A stretch of 64,000 nt of DNA from Nitrosopumilus sp. (GTDB lineage Archaea > Thermoproteota > Nitrososphaeria > Nitrososphaerales > Nitrosopumilaceae), in the NCBI GenBank assembly GCA_965238275.1, contig OZ250186.1, positions 448,001 to 512,000 of the forward strand, given 5' to 3'. The position numbers and the translations under genes are program-made. Shown piece after piece: positions 50,109-58,240 of the stretch (position 1 is the first letter of the stretch; the number at the start of each line of letters is the position of its first letter). Under the pieces are notes generated by a model. It had not been told where the DNA came from. It ran no database searches and worked only from the letters and a program-made list of their open reading frames with translations.

Positions 50109-51878
50109 GTAACAGTTTCGCTTTTTGAAGTGGCCTGCCTAACAGTGGAGCAGGTGCAGCCTTTCCCTTGCCGTGGAATCTTTTTTCCCGTGATGCACCA
50201 TACGTGCCGTCAGATGATGCCTCAACTGTCTCCAGAGGACGAGCGGACCAGATGATCAAAGAAACTGTTCGCGTTGATCCTGTCAGTTGCCAGCAGCGTG
50301 AACAGGATCGAGTTGGCATCCATGCCCTTCTGGGAGCGGTTTCCGCCCCCGTCGCTCCTTATGGCCACGAACCTCCGGTTGACCCTCTCCACTGCGTTGT
50401 TGTCCGGCTCGATGCCGTCCACGTGCAGGCAGGTGGTCATAAAGTATCCCTCCCGGGGGTTCCTCTTCTTGTGTCTGGCGATGGTGCCGTGCCCATCGTC
50501 TGCAAACGGTTCGTTCATCAGCCCGCGCAGCTCCGCGTCTATGCAGTGGGCCGCGACGATCCTCGTGTGCCCGTCCTCGATTCTGGATGCGCGATAAATC
50601 TTATCGTGGATTGCCGACAGCCTGTCCAGAAACTTTGGAACGTCACCTTTGGGGTTGGTCAGGACGTCCTTTTGCACCAGGCGTTCCTGGTGCCACACGC
50701 ACATCTGGCGGCACGATCCCACGTGGAGCCATCCTGCATACGAGTCCTGCGTTATGGTTCCCTTGTAGTCCGGGAGTGTGTGGCAAAGCGTCTTGATGCC
50801 CCGCGAGCCGGTCACCTCCACGAGGCAGGCGTCTTTTGCCAGGGCCACTATCCCGTAGCCGCGTTTGCCGCCCAACGGCCAGTGGAATTCGTCTGCGTTC
50901 AGGTGTGGCGCCTCTAACACGCGCTTTCTTACAGAATCACGCTCCGGTGCCATGCGCTCTGCCTGCCTGATCTTGCCGCGGTATGCAGACGGGCGCGAGA
51001 TTTTGTGCCCCCACGCGTCACTGCCAAATTCTGCGGCCCTGGCATGCGACAAACCGTTCATGTTCAGGGACGTCATGGCCGCATCAAAGTTTGATGAACG
51101 GCGCGCGTGTTTTGCCGCGCCGGGAACCCTTCCAGAGACCTGTTTTTTGCACCCGCGGCACCAGCGCCGCTTGATGACGTACCTGACGTTTTCCAGTATG
51201 ACGCGCATGACAGTCACGATGCGATCGTACCTGTCAGTCACGTCCGAAAGATTGTCGTTGCCACAGTCGGGACATTCCTTGCAGTCGATCTCCTCGACGC
51301 GGTCGACGCGTTTTGGCCTGCAGTTGATGGTGGGTTTTTGCCCCTTGGGCCTGCCGGCCTTCCTTGGGCCTGCCTTTTTCTTGGTCACGGTGGGGATGTT
51401 GATCCTGTTGGCCTTGGCGTTAAGCTCCCTGTTGGCCTTGGCGTACCTCTTGTTGTCCTCTGTGAGGGATGAGACGAGTGCCTGCAGGTCCTCGATCTCC
51501 TTGCAGTTGGCGCCTGGCCTGCCTGCAACTTCGGCGGCAGCAGCCTCCAAGATCTTGCCTGTCAAGCCGATCGTATCGCCAAGCACCCTTGTCCAGAACC
51601 GACAACACCTGCATTCTGGTTTCATGCACGCCCCGGCATCAGGAAGGATTTGTGGTAAGTGTAAGGAGGGCTCGTGTATTGCCTTAAATTCCTCCACCTC
51701 CAAGCATGTCTGGTGTGCTGGTTTCTTCATTTGCTATCTCGAAGGAACTAGCACCCACTCACATTTAGATCACGACAGTCTAGCTTTGTCGTCCCGAGCA
51801 CGAAATCATTAGATTTATTCCCGGCGCCATGGATGCCCGCTAGGCCATCCGGGGTACTTCAAAAAGCGAAACAATTAC
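50109..51878 (-). mobile_element. IS66-family element, copy 2 (inverted copy of 28906-30675)
   Basis: Same TIRs and 1770-bp length; own 8-bp TSD GGGGTGTG. Confidence 0.95.
50222..51730 (-). CDS. IS66-family transposase
   Basis: Translation identical to 29054..30562. Confidence 0.9.
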   Translation of the reverse strand: MKKPAHQTCLEVEEFKAIHEPSLHLPQILPDAGACMKPECRCCRFWTRVLGDTIGLTGKILEAAAAEVAGRPGANCKEIEDLQALVSSLTEDNKRYAKANRELNAKANRINIPTVTKKKAGPRKAGRPKGQKPTINCRPKRVDRVEEIDCKECPDCGNDNLSDVTDRYDRIVTVMRVILENVRYVIKRRWCRGCKKQVSGRVPGAAKHARRSSNFDAAMTSLNMNGLSHARAAEFGSDAWGHKISRPSAYRGKIRQAERMAPERDSVRKRVLEAPHLNADEFHWPLGGKRGYGIVALAKDACLVEVTGSRGIKTLCHTLPDYKGTITQDSYAGWLHVGSCRQMCVWHQERLVQKDVLTNPKGDVPKFLDRLSAIHDKIYRASRIEDGHTRIVAAHCIDAELRGLMNEPFADDGHGTIARHKKRNPREGYFMTTCLHVDGIEPDNNAVERVNRRFVAIRSDGGGNRSQKGMDANSILFTLLATDRINANSFFDHLVRSSSGDS

Positions 51879-51934
51879 GGGGTGTGCATGAAATGTTGCA
51901 AAGAATGATTCCTAAAACAAGGATCCATTCCAGC

Positions 51935-52021
51935 AAACGGAACCGGCGGGCAAGATAACGCTTGTGGGGAATTTTTTTTCCCTGTAAACGGAACCGGCGG
52001 GCAAGATAACGCTTGCGGGGA
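51935..52021. repeat. Pair of 36-bp direct repeats, 15-bp spacer
   Basis: AAACGGAACCGGCGGGCAAGATAACGCTTG(T/C)GGGGA at 51935-51970 and 51986-52021. Confidence 0.9.
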
Positions 52022-52126
52022 GTTTCACTGCAGACACCCTCATCCGTGGTGAATGACTTTTGGGATCCCACACGAAGAGGCACCAATCATAAGCTTAAAA
52101 TCATCTAGCAATAGGAGACGATCAAC

Positions 52127-52861
52127 ATGGGTAAGAGACCGCTAGTACGAAGACGGGGCCGGGGAGGCAACCAGTTCCGATCCACGTCCACTGGAAAGGT
52201 GGATGCCAAGGCAATCTATCCGCGCTTTGCACTCTCAGAGCAGCACGCAGGAGAGGTAATCGATCTGGTTCATGAGCGCGGCCGGGAGGCACCGCTGGCC
52301 AAGATCAGGTTCGAGGACGGGTCAGTCTCGTTTGTCCCTGCGGTGCTTGGAACCAGGGTCGGAGACATTTTGCAGTTCGGGCTAAAGTCAGGCATCGAGA
52401 AGGGAAACGTCATCAGCGTCCAGAACATTCCTGACGGAACCATAGTGTGTAACGTTGAAAAGCACTACGGCGACGGGGGTGCCATAGTAAAGTCGGCAGG
52501 CACCGATGCCACCATCTTCTCTCACGGAGAGGAGGGAGTCACAGTAAAGCTGCCATCTGGTAGGTTCACAACGCTCAACCCAAAGAACAGGGCCATGATA
52601 GGCACGCTTGCGGGCGGAGGAGCCGGTGAAAGGCCGTTCATGAGTGCGGGCGGAAAGTGGCGCAGCTTCAAGGCAAAGGGCAAGAAATACCCGATCGTAC
52701 GCGGCGTGGCCCAGGCAGCATACGTGCATCCGCACGGAGGAGGACGCCATCAGCATGTAGGGCAGAGCTCCACCGTATCAAGGAACGCACCGCCGGGCGC
52801 AAAGGTCGGCAGCATCGCAGCCCGCAAGACCGGCAGGGCCCGAATCAAGGACAGAAGATAG
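52127..52861 (+). CDS. rpl2: 50S ribosomal protein uL2
   Basis: MGKRPLVRRRGRG, VRGVAQ..HPHGGG. Confidence 0.97.
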   Translation: MGKRPLVRRRGRGGNQFRSTSTGKVDAKAIYPRFALSEQHAGEVIDLVHERGREAPLAKIRFEDGSVSFVPAVLGTRVGDILQFGLKSGIEKGNVISVQNIPDGTIVCNVEKHYGDGGAIVKSAGTDATIFSHGEEGVTVKLPSGRFTTLNPKNRAMIGTLAGGGAGERPFMSAGGKWRSFKAKGKKYPIVRGVAQAAYVHPHGGGRHQHVGQSSTVSRNAPPGAKVGSIAARKTGRARIKDRR

Positions 52862-52911
52862 TAGTAGTTCTTCTGACCTAAAATTGATTAATAGTTTGCA
52901 TATCCACTATA

Positions 52912-53193
52912 TTGATGCCCCACCAGAGAATCCGAATCATCATTACCGGGAAGGTCCAGGGAGTGTTCTTCCGCCAGACCCTCAAGGCGATTGCAAGAAA
53001 GAATGGCGTCACAGGCTGGGTCAGAAACCGCAAGGATGGCAGGGTGGAGGCGGTCCTGGAAGGGGACATGTCCGGCGTCGGACGGCTTGTCGAATGGGCG
53101 CACGGCGGGCCTGCCAACGCAAGGGTCGAGGACGTGGAGATTAGAAACGAGGAGTATGCCGGCAAGTTTGCAGAGTTTGACGTGCGGTACTAA
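52912..53193 (+). CDS. acyP: Acylphosphatase
   Basis: GKVQGVFFR, GWVRNRKDGRVE. Confidence 0.93.
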   Translation: MMPHQRIRIIITGKVQGVFFRQTLKAIARKNGVTGWVRNRKDGRVEAVLEGDMSGVGRLVEWAHGGPANARVEDVEIRNEEYAGKFAEFDVRY

Positions 53194-53204
53194 AGCAGCG
53201 AGAA

Positions 53205-53420
53205 AAAGTCCGTGCACTAAGTAGCACCAGACGATTCTCTTTCTGGCGTTCTATCAGACCTTCCTGTGTTGGTGTCATCATCGTTGCCGGGTCCAAGCCA
53301 GCCCACAGGTTGATCTTTATCAGCCTGCACGTGATCCTCACGCCTTATGACGACCTCGTTGTCCGCAATGACAACTCCCAAATTTGAGGCTTGGCCGCCA
53401 GTCCACAATTGTGGACGTCC
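53205..53420 (-). ncRNA. Putative TnpB omega-RNA overlapping the tnpB 3' end
   Basis: Serial hairpins (GTCCACAATTGTGGAC; GTTGTC/GACAAC; GCAGG/CCTGT; GCCAGA/TCTGGT) with G-U pairs on the minus strand; boundaries approximate. Confidence 0.5.
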
Positions 53421-54605
53421 TTTTAGTCTTATTGTCTCACCAGCTTCCGTGTCTGCGTGGTGGTACCAACCACAAAACACACAGATGAAATCTGATTTGT
53501 TTCTTGATTCTTTGTCAACCATTCCGCATCTAGAGCATGTTTGACTCGTATATGCGGGAGGAACCGACAGGTACAACCCACCTTTCTTTTTCATCTCCCA
53601 CTCTGCATGTCTTCCCATGGAACCCAGACTTGCATAACCAAGCTCACGATTCAGTCCTTGTTTTTGGGACGTCGGGTCTTTCTTTTTCATGTTCTTTAGT
53701 TCCAAACCTTCAACGAACATTATTGCAATTCCTTCTGTTATTCTCCTTGCAACCGCCCGTTGGGCATCCAATTGTTTGTTTTGTATCCTTTGCAATGCGC
53801 GTCGAATGTCCCTGCCGATCCTTTTCCAAGATCTGGAACCGACACGGTGTTTTGACTGTTCTGCCTTCATCCTGTCAATTTTATCGTTTTTGGAGCGCCT
53901 ACAACTGTCAGGAATGTTGTGTAATCGCTGGTTTCCGTGACTGTCAGAGACTGCCACCAGACATTTTATTCCTCGATCCATGCCTGCGTATTTGCCTTCG
54001 AGTGGCGGTTTGTCTGGAATTTCCACCTGAACGTGCAGTTTGAACTTTCGATCATAAGACGTGGTGCGTTTAGTGATTTTGTTCGTATCGTCCACCAATT
54101 GGAAAGACTTGATAATTCCATCAGGCATTGAAGAACAAACGCGCACCGTGCCAAAACCAGGCAGTCTTAACGTTCCATTGTCATTTAATTTTGGCGTTTC
54201 TCTAGTTACAACTGTATGTAACCTTCCATCCTGCCTTAGTTTTCTGTACAAACTGGTGGGTTCGGTCCACTTGTTGCGTACGTATTTTTTACGTTTGCCT
54301 GTTCTTACTTGGTGCTTGTGTTTCTTGCGCCTGTCATGTTTTTCTTCGTTTGACGCCCTGAACAATGTAACTGCGGTGTGTGCTTGTTTGGATGCCATTT
54401 CATGCATGTTAAAATGATGCGTTAAATGAAATATTTTTCTCCAATCTTTTATCAAATAAATCAAGTCATATTGTGATGCATCTGGCTGTGCCAGTTTTAC
54501 TTTCATTGCTTCATTGTAAATTACATCTGATTCCCTTGCAGCGTTGCACATTGCATTCGCAACCTCCTTGGAATGTTTTATTATGATTTTTCTTGTAATG
54601 AGCAT
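53217..54605 (-). CDS. tnpB: TnpB RNA-guided endonuclease (IS200/IS605-type), no tnpA
   Basis: RuvC-I GMDRG, RuvC-II FVEGL, YTSQTCSRCG..CVFCG zinc ribbon, RuvC-III HAD; likely start MLITRK at 54605. Confidence 0.9.
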   Translation of the reverse strand: MLITRKIIIKHSKEVANAMCNAARESDVIYNEAMKVKLAQPDASQYDLIYLIKDWRKIFHLTHHFNMHEMASKQAHTAVTLFRASNEEKHDRRKKHKHQVRTGKRKKYVRNKWTEPTSLYRKLRQDGRLHTVVTRETPKLNDNGTLRLPGFGTVRVCSSMPDGIIKSFQLVDDTNKITKRTTSYDRKFKLHVQVEIPDKPPLEGKYAGMDRGIKCLVAVSDSHGNQRLHNIPDSCRRSKNDKIDRMKAEQSKHRVGSRSWKRIGRDIRRALQRIQNKQLDAQRAVARRITEGIAIMFVEGLELKNMKKKDPTSQKQGLNRELGYASLGSMGRHAEWEMKKKGGLYLSVPPAYTSQTCSRCGMVDKESRNKSDFICVFCGWYHHADTEAGETIRLKGRPQLWTGGQASNLGVVIADNEVVIRREDHVQADKDQPVGWLGPGNDDDTNTGRSDRTPERESSGAT

Positions 54606-54769
54606 CTTATTAATTAATAATCGCTTTCTTAAAAAGCTCGTCCTGCACAAACTCCCATGTGTTACGGGCATCCAAACCCGTTGATGTTGTGTGTTGGCAA
54701 TGCGTCTGGTTCAGTCCGGTTTAGGTTGGTCGGGCAGTTTTTTAAAGATTTGTGGATCAACTGGGTAAT

Positions 54770-55003
54770 TCTAGGCATGTCCGTGTCCGAACCGGCAGGC
54801 GCTGCGTGCGTATCAAGAAGAATGGCGCATAACTGCTGCTAGGAATTCCCTCCCCGTATCCGGAGGGAATGGTAGGCCAAACTCCTACAGTCAATATTGT
54901 TTTCGACAAGCCGGGGGGACGGAAGGGGGCGTTGAGCCGCCCTCCGCTTGTGCAGGGGCGGCGAAACGCTCCCTGGGTGTCCAGTTTTCCCCAGGACGCC
55001 TAA
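54770..55003 (+). ncRNA. Unidentified structured RNA candidate
   Basis: Several GC-rich stems whose non-WC positions are G-U or tandem GA only on the + strand; TTTTTTAAAG box ~25 nt upstream. Confidence 0.45.
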
Positions 55004-56165
55004 ACTCTGAATTCGGCGACGCATTTTATTTTCTGGAATTTTCGTCTGACAAGATCTCTGTCCTTAGATCCCGTATTTGGTGCTGTGATCAAGCATCTCC
55101 CAGACCCATTCGAGCATCTGCTTGGCCACGGCGACCCTTGCCTTCATGGGTCCTATGCGAGTTGCCAGTTTTTGGTAGCGTGCCCCTATCCGGGCATCGT
55201 GCTGGACGGCGGTAAATGCGGCCTCAACCATGGCGCGGCGCAGCCAGACGGAGCCGCGTTTTGTGATGCCACCCGTCCTGACTGTCTCCCGGCTGTTGTG
55301 GTGTTTTGGCGCCAGGCCGGCGTATGAGGTCATCTTTTCGGCGTCGGCGAACCTCTTGTGGTCGACTATTTCGGCAAGTATGGTTACTGCCGTGATGTAG
55401 TCTATTCCGGGTATGGTTATGATCAGCTGTGCCCTCCTGTCGCTCATTGCAACCCGGCTATCTTTTTTTCAAATTTTGCTACCTGCTTTAGTATGGTGTC
55501 GATGGTGGCCAGGTGCGACTGCACAGCCATGCGGTCAACCTCCCTCAGGGGCACGGCTTGCAGCAACTCGAGTCCCGATCCTGTAAACAGCCCTCCCTTG
55601 GGCTGCTCGTGCGGGTATTTGGCCAGGATCGCGTGGATGCGATTCTTGGGGGCGGTGACGTGCAGCTTCATGCCCAGGCGGGTACGGGTCAGTTCGCGCA
55701 GGTCCCGCGCCGGCTTGTCGGCCACAAACGATTCGGGGATCATGTCCAGCCTGCACAGGTCTGCCAGCTTTGCCGAGTCCGCCTTGTCGTTTTTGTAGAC
55801 GGTTTCGGTTATGATCTTCGTGTTGTGCGGGTGAGCCAGCAGGGTGTTGATGCCTGCATCCTCGAGCATGTCGTGCACGACTATCCAGTAGTTGGTCGTG
55901 GATTCGCAGACGGTCGTGGCCGGCACGTATCCTTCCTTGCGGATCATCTTGACGAACCCGGTTATTCCCCGGACATTGTTGTCAAATGCGGCCTGCCTTA
56001 GTATCTTGTTAGTTTTGCCCTTGATGGTTGAAACGCATAGTGCTGGACATATTGTTTCGCTCATTATCCAGCAAAATCAGGTATGAATTCAAAGGAAAAT
56101 GAGCGAAACATTCTGTCCTCTACTACGCATTTCTTTTTGTGAACGTCTATTCCAATGTAATACGT
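55000..56165 (-). pseudogene. IS110-family (DEDD) recombinase/transposase, MITE-interrupted and frameshifted
   Basis: Removing the MITE restores YYIGIDVHKKKCVSTIKG; CESTTNYW, KNDKADS, IPGI, YAGLAP, ITKRGSVWLR; frameshifts near 55445 and ~55065; SD GGAGGTGA before an ACG (ex-ATG?). Confidence 0.9.
56039..56124. mobile_element. 86-bp MITE
   Basis: 27-bp TIRs (22/27 identical, core TGTTTCGCTCATT); 6-bp TSD ACGCAT (56033-38, 56125-30). Confidence 0.85.
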
Positions 56166-56177
56166 GTTATCACCTCC

Positions 56178-56370
56178 TTTGCAGCATATCGGACCCGACC
56201 AGCGGAAAACTCCCATTCACCGTCAAGGCGGTATTTGACCATCCGCATACCTTGAGTCAGTCTTTTGCACGCCATCATAAGTGGCAAGTTCGTGTCGACT
56301 CTCAGACCCAACAGGGTAAATGCCATGATCACCGCTATAACGGCAACACATGGCGTCTTTTGCGTGTCAG
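56178..56370 (-). ncRNA. Candidate IS110 bridge RNA (5' non-coding region)
   Basis: ~190-nt leader upstream of the recombinase; stem/internal-loop/stem AGTC[GACACGAACTT]GCCA(CTTATGA)TGGC[GTGCAAAA]GACT and a TCAAGG/CCTTGA hairpin. Confidence 0.45.
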
Positions 56371-56706
56371 TTAGGTGATCTCTTCGTACGCCCTTTTGAG
56401 GATGTTGCCGCAGGATCCTGCAAGATCCTGAGTGTGCTTTACCCTGATCGTCTGCGCAGGCTCCTTTCTGCTCCTTTGAACCTTGATGAGCAGCCCGTCA
56501 GATTCCGGCTCCACGTCTGCAAACCATCTAAACGTCATGGTCTTGCCAAAGACCACCCTGTGCATCCGGACATCCTCCACCACGTTGGAGCCAAGCGACA
56601 TACAAAAGTTTCTTGCCGAGTCAAACAGGGACCTCACATTCTCCGGAACGTCCCGCGCAAAGTCGTCATAGCCCCTTCTGCCGCCCGGCGAGAACATCCC
56701 GTCCAT
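56371..56706 (-). CDS. Hypothetical protein
   Basis: 111-aa ORF with backbone-like codon usage, TATA-like TTTATAA upstream. Confidence 0.65.
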   Translation of the reverse strand: MDGMFSPGGRRGYDDFARDVPENVRSLFDSARNFCMSLGSNVVEDVRMHRVVFGKTMTFRWFADVEPESDGLLIKVQRSRKEPAQTIRVKHTQDLAGSCGNILKRAYEEIT

Positions 56707-56749
56707 GGCATGGGATGATCAAACTCTGGTTATAAAGGTAGAAGTAGTA

Positions 56750-57069
56750 GTGGTAGTAGCCCTGCCGGTTCCACTCCATACCAACAACCCCATCTCAAGG
56801 CGTACAAGATCCGCCACGTAGACGGGGAAGCGTGGATGCTCCACCTTAGGATTGCTCCCTCCCGGACCTCATCCATTTCGGCGGTTCGGTCTTGGAAGTC
56901 ATCCCTTCGGATAATTCCAGTCCTGCAACCACCCGCCCCGGCGTGATTTCATATCCGCACGCCAAGCGGGAATTGCCAATCTGGAGATTTACCCGGCAGT
57001 TACTGATCTCTGCGTATAGCCGGTTTCAGAACGGGGCACGGCTGGCACCCCAATCCTCCCTACTACCAC
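56750..57069 (-). ncRNA. ffs: Archaeal SRP (7S) RNA
   Basis: Helix-8 motif GAGGTCCGGGAGGGAGCA; terminal helix GTGGTAGTAG/CTACTACCAC; ~320 nt. Confidence 0.88.
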
Positions 57070-57083
57070 GGTTTCTAAAAACA

Positions 57084-58016
57084 TCATGTTATATTTGCAT
57101 TAGGTTTGCTCCCCTTGAGCCCTGCAACGGTACTGCACACGGAGCACACCTTGCCGGTACACGAGTTGCCGCACCTCTGGCAGGTAGTCATCTGCTTGTG
57201 CCCGGCACCCCTCATGTTCCGGGAGACTCTCAGGACGGACCGGTACATGTTGTTTTTGATGCCGCTGTGCCCTGCCTCAAGCGAGTTGAGAAACTCCCTG
57301 ATCTCTGTGCGTATCCCCTCGTTCATGTGCGGGCAGGGCTCGGACTGGAACGGCAGGTTGTTTGTAAAGGCGTAAAAGACGATCTCGGACTCGTATATCT
57401 CGCAGAACGGCTTCACCCTTCGGGGAGGGGCAGCCTGCGCCTCGGGATCCATCCAGCCAATCCGTTCTGCATCCCCGGAGAGCATGTTTATGACAAAGGT
57501 CTGGAGGGTATCATCAAGATTGTGTCCCGTGGCAACCACGTCTGCCCCGATGTCCCTGGCGGCAGCATCAATTGCGCGCCTCCGCAGGGTGCCGCATATG
57601 GAGCACGAGGACGTCTTGGCATTCTCCCCCCGCAGCTCGAGTGCCTCCTCGAGGGTGATCTCAAAGAGGTCCTTGTACGAGTATACGGTGTGTTTCACCC
57701 CCAGTTTCTGGCAGAAATCCTCGACGATTCCGAGCGCCTCGTCCCTGTACCCCGGGATTCCCTCGTCTACTGTTACGGCCCTGATCCTAAAGTTGTGGGT
57801 CGACTCCATCTGGTGCATTATCTGCAGTAAGGCAAGGGAGTCCTTTCCGCCGGATACTGCCACTGCCACAAGGTCATCATTCTGAACCATGCCGTACCTT
57901 GAGATGGTCTTGGCAGTCTTTCGCACTATGGACTCTGAAAAGCACTGAGAGCAGTGGCTCTGCCCGGAATACTTTCGAGAGTATACTGCCTGCCTGTCAC
58001 ACCTGTCGCACTTCAC
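57084..58016 (-). CDS. tRNA 2-thiolation protein (TtuA/Ctu1/NcsA, TIGR00269-like)
   Basis: N- and C-terminal CxxC zinc fingers, PP-loop SGGKDS, CSICGTLRR, GHNLDD. Confidence 0.9.
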   Translation of the reverse strand: MKCDRCDRQAVYSRKYSGQSHCSQCFSESIVRKTAKTISRYGMVQNDDLVAVAVSGGKDSLALLQIMHQMESTHNFRIRAVTVDEGIPGYRDEALGIVEDFCQKLGVKHTVYSYKDLFEITLEEALELRGENAKTSSCSICGTLRRRAIDAAARDIGADVVATGHNLDDTLQTFVINMLSGDAERIGWMDPEAQAAPPRRVKPFCEIYESEIVFYAFTNNLPFQSEPCPHMNEGIRTEIREFLNSLEAGHSGIKNNMYRSVLRVSRNMRGAGHKQMTTCQRCGNSCTGKVCSVCSTVAGLKGSKPNANIT

Positions 58017-58240
58017 AGGCTCGTATCGCACCCCTTCACTAATTATTCTTTAGGATGGATGGATGGATGGATCTCCTGCATCACCTGTCGGTGGCACAAA
58101 TTCAGGATCTTCTCCAGATTCATGCCTGTCTTACACACCATTTCCCCGTTAAATCATGATCTTCTGGTGAAACGTCTGCCCGCCGTGACAGGTAATCCCG
58201 GCAATTGCCATGACATGCGGTCCAAAAGAGGTACCAGGCA

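Noticed and set aside
28906-51878. Composite transposon inserted as one unit
   Set aside because: Each IS66 copy has its own distinct TSD
51935-52021. CRISPR array
   Set aside because: Only two repeats, the 15-bp spacer is too short, and there are no cas genes in the window
53201-54650. TnpB guide targeting its own promoter (GTGCACGGAC vs GTGCAGGAC)
   Set aside because: The match is short and gapped and the right-end boundary is undefined
54920-54995. Hammerhead, HDV-like ribozyme or group II intron domain V
   Set aside because: CGAAAC and GAGCCG are present, but there is no CUGANGA core, no HDV P1 pairing, and no D5/D6 geometry or RT gene
56030-56133. Invertible promoter switch generating two MSET proteins
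   Set aside because: Better explained as a MITE with a 6-bp TSD whose removal restores the IS110 frame
56750-57069. RNase P RNA
   Set aside because: Lacks the GAGGAAAGUCC and AACAGAA P4 motifs; has SRP helix 8 instead
56892-57830. Long antisense/shadow ORFs (also 7389..8315, 10253..11263, 25489..26385, 36117..37031, 28972..29919)
   Set aside because: They overlap well-supported genes on the opposite strand and lack motifs; typical of GC-rich DNA
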